Assembly: GCA_951406725.2 (NCBI GenBank)
Contig: OX597823.1
Coordinates: 38,626,001-38,690,000, forward strand
Direction: 5' to 3'
Origin: Octopus vulgaris
Lineage: Eukaryota
DNA length: 64,000 nucleotides
In this document: one piece after another, positions 63,243-64,000 of the stretch
Position numbering within the stretch: the first letter of the stretch is position 1
Layout: the number at the start of each line of letters is the position of its first letter
The notes under the pieces: model-generated
Database searches by the model: none
What the model saw: only the letters and a program-made list of their open reading frames with translations
Told to the model about the DNA's origin: nothing
Position numbers and translations under genes: made by a program

Positions 63243-63743
63243 GTACATGCATGGATCAGATTTTGGCACTCTGTCAATTATGATGACGAGGGTTCCAGTT
63301 AACTCATCAACAGAACAGTATGCTCCTAAAATTAATGAGCAAGTGGCTAAGCATTCCACACACGTGTACCCTTAAAGTAGTTCTCAGGGAGATTCAACAT
63401 AACATAGAATGTGACAAGGCTGGCGTTTTGAATTACCAGCTGAGTTGACTGGAGCAATGTGAAATAAAGTGTCTAGCTGAAGGATATAGCAAGCCACTGG
63501 GAATTGAATTGACAACCATCAGGCTATGTTCTTGAAATTCTTCATTTGTAGAGCCTATTCTTTATGATAAATATTCAAAGAATACAAACACACACACAGA
63601 ACCTACAACATCATAATCATCTCCATTGTACCTGATAATCTTTTAAATATGTGAGATCAGTGGAATCCTGAAGAGGAATTGAGGTGGTGTTTACGGTGAC
63701 GTACGGGTTTAATTCAGCAATTCTCTTACAACAGGCCTCAGCT
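1749..63743 (-). CDS. UBA6: Ubiquitin-like modifier-activating enzyme 6 (E1), 31 coding exons in window, 5' part outside window
   Basis: Manually spliced exons total 2773 nt with consistent phases. Motifs: VGCGAIGCE (ATP binding), [26 protein letters not shown], catalytic PYCTLKSFP (UBA6-type KSFP rather than UBA1 KNFP), [18 protein letters not shown]-terminal PGPPLRYYF as in vertebrate UBA6 (PGPPVRYYF). Confidence 0.93.
2654..2748 (-). CDS. UBA6: UBA6 exon (UFD domain)
   Basis: [31 protein letters not shown]; ccag/gtaatg. Confidence 0.92.
3063..3291. mobile_element. piggyBac-like MITE (TTAA target, CCCTTTAG termini)
   Basis: TTAA-CCCTTTAG...CTAAAGGG-TTAA; related copies at 17155-17382, 27084-27300 (inverted) and ~9320-9530. 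Confidence 0.75.
3885..3972 (-). CDS. UBA6: UBA6 exon (UFD domain)
   Basis: [29 protein letters not shown]; tcag/gtaag. Confidence 0.92.
4240..4690 (-). mobile_element. Decayed DNA-transposon transposase fragment (possibly Sola-like)
   Basis: Minus strand reads [42 protein letters not shown], resembling a widespread metazoan transposase motif; superfamily is recalled, not searched. Confidence 0.55.
5412..5963. mobile_element. Old fold-back element with hammerhead remnants in both arms (Penelope pLTR-like)
   Basis: Arms ~5412-5645 and ~5740-5963 are reverse complements; CTGACAA..ATCC ATAAT GGCT GAAACGCAT at 5761-5800 and its minus-strand mirror at 5586-5625. Confidence 0.65.
6462..6589 (-). 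CDS. UBA6: UBA6 exon
   Basis: [42 protein letters not shown]; ccag/gtgag. Confidence 0.93.
7572..8080 (+). mobile_element. HERO-like non-LTR retrotransposon 3' fragment (RLE endonuclease), degraded
   Basis: [12 protein letters not shown](P)..[35 protein letters not shown] followed by the 3' UTR. Confidence 0.75.
8183..8296 (-). CDS. UBA6: UBA6 exon
   Basis: [38 protein letters not shown]; tcag/gtctgt. Confidence 0.93.
10186..10350 (-). ncRNA. Conserved structured intronic element, copy A (candidate H/ACA-like RNA)
   Basis: Shares an identical 23-mer and 12-mer with 13840-13985; AGAAAA box, stem-loop and terminal ACA+3 nt. Confidence 0.4.
10493..10572 (-). CDS. UBA6: UBA6 exon
   Basis: [26 protein letters not shown]; gcag/gtgag. 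Confidence 0.93.
11475..12657 (-). mobile_element. Mariner transposon, pseudogenised, one TIR retained
   Basis: Fragments [49 protein letters not shown]; TIR TATTGGGTCATCCCATAAATAATG at the right end. Confidence 0.92.
13285..13384 (-). CDS. UBA6: UBA6 exon
   Basis: [33 protein letters not shown]; aaag/gtgag; phase fits neighbours. Confidence 0.85.
13840..13985 (-). ncRNA. Conserved structured intronic element, copy B (candidate H/ACA-like RNA)
   Basis: Homologous to 10186-10350; AGAGAA box, same stem-loop, terminal ACA+3 nt. Confidence 0.4.
14125..14196 (-). CDS. UBA6: UBA6 exon
   Basis: [24 protein letters not shown]; tcag/gtaag. Confidence 0.9.
14377..14590 (+). mobile_element. tRNA-derived SINE with (TTA)n tail
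   Basis: Box A-like GAGCTGGTAGAAT and box B GAGTTCAAATTC; sister copies at 15745-15960 and ~9068-9180. Confidence 0.75.
14607..15711 (-). mobile_element. R4/Dong-like non-LTR retrotransposon, decayed 3' fragment, in (TAA)n
   Basis: [48 protein letters not shown]; TAA arrays on both sides. Confidence 0.85.
16069..16160. repeat. (TAT)n and (TA)n microsatellites
   Basis: Direct reading; many other TA/CA/TAC/GAT arrays (e.g. 23203-23480, 31200-31370, 49455-49623). Confidence 0.95.
17440..17509 (-). CDS. UBA6: UBA6 exon
   Basis: [23 protein letters not shown]; ctag/gtttgt; phase fits. Confidence 0.87.
17760..18110 (+). mobile_element. Ancient CR1/L2/Jockey-group LINE C-terminal remnant
   Basis: CSYIWDGS...LDYIQK.A..M.G....IQPLTH...LFYHYYN...SSEL. 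Confidence 0.55.
18646..18709 (-). CDS. UBA6: UBA6 exon
   Basis: [20 protein letters not shown]; ccag/gtaag. Confidence 0.92.
18971..19003 (+). ncRNA. Degenerate minimal hammerhead ribozyme motif
   Basis: CTGAAGT-A-GGAC-ACT-GTCC-GAAATGTTA; segment ends at (TA)n near 19150. Confidence 0.55.
20587..20623 (-). ncRNA. Degenerate minimal hammerhead motif in a ~200-bp segment between (TA)n arrays
   Basis: Minus strand TTT-CTGTAGA-A-GAGC-GTAG-GCTC-AAAACGTA-AAAG. Confidence 0.5.
20705..20915 (-). mobile_element. SINE (TTGTTTCAGTCATTTGACTG family)
   Basis: Matches copies at 36335-36540 and 31030-31200, and an inverted copy at ~49360-49452. Confidence 0.7.
20920..23203. repeat. Near-perfect ~370-bp inverted repeat (20920-21290 / 22790-23160) with a 43-bp one-sided extension, enclosing a LINE
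   Basis: Arms differ at only about 4 positions; each contains a hammerhead motif, a SINE piece and a GACCAA-TCT-TTGGTC-GAAAC motif. Confidence 0.92.
21318..22765 (-). mobile_element. 5'-truncated CR1/L2-group LINE with open RT frame (ORF 21406-22752, 448 aa)
   Basis: [45 protein letters not shown]; (AATC)n 3' tail; inserted in (TA)n. Confidence 0.93.
23773..23824 (-). CDS. UBA6: UBA6 exon
   Basis: [17 protein letters not shown]; tcag/gtaag. Confidence 0.92.
24339..24433 (+). ncRNA. Degenerate hammerhead motif
   Basis: TTCCT-CTGATGA...CATT/AATG...GAAACATACATA-GGAA (CpG-decayed ACGTACGT palindrome inferred). Confidence 0.5.
24505..24922. mobile_element. Fold-back element between (TA)n arrays, right arm extended ~40 bp
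   Basis: Arms ~24505-24685 and ~24703-24885 are reverse complements around a ~20-nt loop. Confidence 0.8.
25063..25191 (-). CDS. UBA6: UBA6 exon
   Basis: [43 protein letters not shown]; ctag/gtaag. Confidence 0.92.
25650..26025. repeat. Degenerate 33-bp minisatellite, about 11 units
   Basis: Consensus ~CATCTAATGTGTTTTCTATACTAGAACCATGAA. Confidence 0.85.
26464..26544 (-). CDS. UBA6: UBA6 exon
   Basis: [27 protein letters not shown]; tcag/gtaag. Confidence 0.92.
29073..29162 (-). CDS. UBA6: UBA6 exon carrying the catalytic cysteine
   Basis: [30 protein letters not shown]; ctag/gtaag. Confidence 0.95.
31860..31965 (-). CDS. UBA6: UBA6 exon
   Basis: [35 protein letters not shown]; ctag/gtaag. 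Confidence 0.95.
32188..32428. mobile_element. MITE-like element with imperfect long TIRs
   Basis: CAGAAAAGCATAAA..AATTGTGCTCAACAA versus TTGTTGAGCACAATT..TTTATGTTTTTCTG. Confidence 0.6.
33258..35379 (+). mobile_element. Tigger/pogo DNA transposon, pseudogenised, both TIRs present
   Basis: [43 protein letters not shown]; TIRs (C/T)AGTAGAACCTTGCAGTA / TACTGCAAGGTATCACTG; TA flanks. Confidence 0.92.
35507..35612 (-). CDS. UBA6: UBA6 exon
   Basis: [34 protein letters not shown]; ttag/gtaag. Confidence 0.95.
36160..36867. mobile_element. hAT/Charlie-like MITE with two nested SINEs
   Basis: CAGGCCAGGCCAA / TTGACCAGCCCTG termini; imperfect 8-bp flanks TTTTACAG / CTTTAGAG. Confidence 0.5.
36560..36715 (-). 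mobile_element. High-copy tRNA-derived SINE (GGGTTCAGTCCC / AAACTGAAAGAAGCCC family)
   Basis: Copies near 10910, 16911, 21058, 22870, 30155, 31375, 38110, 39270, 49185, 58392, 62730. Confidence 0.8.
37030..37342. mobile_element. Fold-back element with degenerate hammerhead (37174-37275, +)
   Basis: Arms 37030-37148 / 37217-37342; CAT-CTGAGAA-GATAC...GTATC-GAAAC-ATGT-GTA-GTG. Confidence 0.75.
37741..37770 (-). CDS. UBA6: UBA6 30-nt micro-exon
   Basis: LKIDAHQNK (vertebrate IKIDAHLNK); tcag/gtaaag; phase 1-1. Confidence 0.88.
38467..38515 (-). CDS. UBA6: UBA6 exon
   Basis: [16 protein letters not shown]; gtag/gtgag. Confidence 0.9.
38625..38702 (-). CDS. UBA6: UBA6 exon
   Basis: [26 protein letters not shown]; gcag/gtaag. 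Confidence 0.95.
39633..39710 (-). CDS. UBA6: UBA6 exon (GxGxxG nucleotide-binding loop)
   Basis: [26 protein letters not shown]; ttag/gtttgt (donor chosen by phase). Confidence 0.92.
40386..42400 (+). mobile_element. R4/Dong-like non-LTR retrotransposon, 5'-truncated, inserted in (TAA)n
   Basis: [30 protein letters not shown]; ORF 41525-42304 with CRIC..H..C knuckle, RHD and PD..D..K..KY restriction-like endonuclease; a few stops. Confidence 0.93.
42425..42880 (-). mobile_element. Probable SINE-like interspersed repeat
   Basis: ~450-bp segment bounded by AAT/GAT tails; family recalled from octopus repeats, only one copy here. Confidence 0.45.
42953..43031 (-). CDS. UBA6: UBA6 exon
   Basis: [26 protein letters not shown]; caag/gtgag. 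Confidence 0.92.
44519..44580 (-). CDS. UBA6: UBA6 exon
   Basis: [20 protein letters not shown]; acag/gtaag. Confidence 0.87.
44700..45740. repeat. Degenerate complex tandem repeat (~130-bp subunits, ~650-bp higher-order duplication)
   Basis: Recurrent ATATCTACAATTTTCTGTGAA and CTGAGTATTCGAAAATGTAAACA; 44701-44960 parallels 45350-45630. Confidence 0.7.
45820..46968 (-). mobile_element. Non-autonomous Helitron
   Basis: Minus strand: A|TC 5' end, 3' hairpin CCCG-TGCAACGC-CGGG then CTAG|T, no target duplication. Confidence 0.85.
47436..47986. repeat. Fold-back with ~180-bp arms (47436-47615 / 47778-47986)
   Basis: TCATTTAATTAAACAATGTAAGTATT / AATACTTACATTGTTTAATTAAATGA outer ends; complementarity along the arms. 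Confidence 0.85.
48055..48565 (+). mobile_element. RTE-LINE 3' UTR or derived SINE with ~58-bp internal tandem repeats and (GAT)n tail
   Basis: 5-6 units of GTGGCACATAAAA(A)CACCATCCGAGCGTGGCC...; same end seen at 1-33, 28640-28845, 33000-33230, 60398. Confidence 0.8.
48645..48788 (-). CDS. UBA6: UBA6 exon
   Basis: [48 protein letters not shown]; tcag/gtaag. Confidence 0.95.
48932..48998 (-). CDS. UBA6: UBA6 exon
   Basis: [22 protein letters not shown]; ctag/gtctgt; phase fits. Confidence 0.85.
49625..50790 (-). mobile_element. Extremely AT-rich decayed Penelope-like element(s) between (TA)n arrays
   Basis: Minus-strand traces KLSMKI* and [12 protein letters not shown] resemble the GIY-YIG C-terminus; shares a ~65-bp motif with 21213/22813; hammerhead at 50560. 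Confidence 0.5.
50560..50653 (+). ncRNA. Type-I minimal hammerhead ribozyme with intact core
   Basis: CUGAAGA, long helix II (UGACUGUA/UACAGCCA, UCGAAU/AUUCGA), GAAAC-GAUC-GUA with palindromic helix III; helix I only 2-3 bp. Confidence 0.7.
51210..52175 (+). mobile_element. Old non-autonomous Helitron containing a nested HINE/DINE-1-like element (51746-52149)
   Basis: TATATAAAACTGAGAATGTGTGTG start and CTAG|T at 52172; nested element has ACCTCC(A/G)CCA / TGGCGGAGGT sub-terminal repeats, terminal hairpin and (CAGA)n. Confidence 0.55.
53012..53059 (+). ncRNA. Type-I minimal hammerhead, U3 variant, in a ~280-bp segment between (TA)n arrays
   Basis: GUCU-UUGAUGA-A-GGGAUAU-AAUAA-AUAUCCU-G-GAAAC-AGCU-GUA-AGAC. 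Confidence 0.7.
53543..53619 (-). CDS. UBA6: UBA6 exon
   Basis: [25 protein letters not shown]; caag/gtaag. Confidence 0.9.
53868..54068. mobile_element. Palindromic MITE (~200-bp hairpin)
   Basis: CAGGATTTAAATTTGAGCT / AGCTCAAATTTAAAACCTG; inner CATGTATTTTCAGGCAA / TTGCCTGAAAATACATG. Confidence 0.8.
54747..54809 (-). CDS. UBA6: UBA6 exon
   Basis: [21 protein letters not shown]; tcag/gtaag. Confidence 0.9.
58682..58791 (-). CDS. UBA6: UBA6 exon (FCCH domain)
   Basis: [36 protein letters not shown]; ttag/gtaat. Confidence 0.92.
59910..60033 (-). CDS. UBA6: UBA6 exon (FCCH domain)
   Basis: [41 protein letters not shown]; ccag/gtagg. Confidence 0.93.
60198..60320 (-). CDS. UBA6: UBA6 exon
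   Basis: [41 protein letters not shown]; tcag/gtatt. Confidence 0.94.
60398..61108 (-). mobile_element. RTE-clade LINE 3' end
   Basis: [29 protein letters not shown]...W, repeat-containing 3' UTR and (GAT)n tail. Confidence 0.85.
61849..61929 (-). CDS. UBA6: UBA6 exon
   Basis: [27 protein letters not shown]; ctag/gtaag. Confidence 0.93.
62947..63197. mobile_element. Penelope-pLTR-like fold-back with tail, carrying a G3:C8 hammerhead variant (63023-63078, -)
   Basis: Arms 62947-62989 / 63098-63140, 57-bp extension to (TA)n; minus strand UUUGUCA-GUGAACA-G-GUC..GAC-GCAAAUAUUU-UGACAAA. Confidence 0.7.
63632..63743 (-). CDS. UBA6: UBA6 exon (most 5' exon in window)
   Basis: [37 protein letters not shown]; tcag/gtacaa. 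Confidence 0.93.
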
Positions 63744-64000
63744 CTGAAAATATAAATATCAATAATCACATTAGAAATTATGAAGAAAGAAAAGGAAAAA
63801 ATGCTGTTTTAATATCAGTTGTAAAAGGGTTAAACCTAGGGGAGACAATCTGTTACCGTCAGAGTTATTTTCCTTGAAATAGTCCATTTTTAAGAAAATA
63901 TCAAGATAATTTTGTTTCTCTTCTCTTACAGTAATAATGTACTTTTTATTTGTCCCTTTAGCTATAAACACAAAACATTGTGTCTATATATCAACAATGA

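Overview
AT-rich, microsatellite-dense metazoan DNA; the SINE/LINE repertoire looks like Octopus (inference, not tested). The whole window is one intron-rich minus-strand gene, the E1 enzyme UBA6. I traced 31 coding exons (63743 down to the stop at 1749) with GT-AG ends and consistent phases, about 923 codons including the catalytic PYCTLKSFP; the 5' exons lie beyond the right edge. Introns hold decayed mariner, Tigger/pogo, Helitron/HINE, hAT- and TTAA-type MITEs, R4/Dong, HERO, RTE and CR1-group LINEs, and many SINEs. Two things are not explained by ordinary annotation. (1) About a dozen short, mutually unrelated segments, mostly beside (TA)n arrays, carry minimal type-I hammerhead ribozyme motifs. 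Many sit in asymmetric fold-backs with one extended arm (Penelope-like pLTR architecture). One has the rare G3:C8 swapped core and one apparently captured a SINE. (2) A duplicated, structurally conserved intronic element with H/ACA-like boxes lies at nearly the same distance behind two UBA6 donors. All alignments and folds were done by eye.
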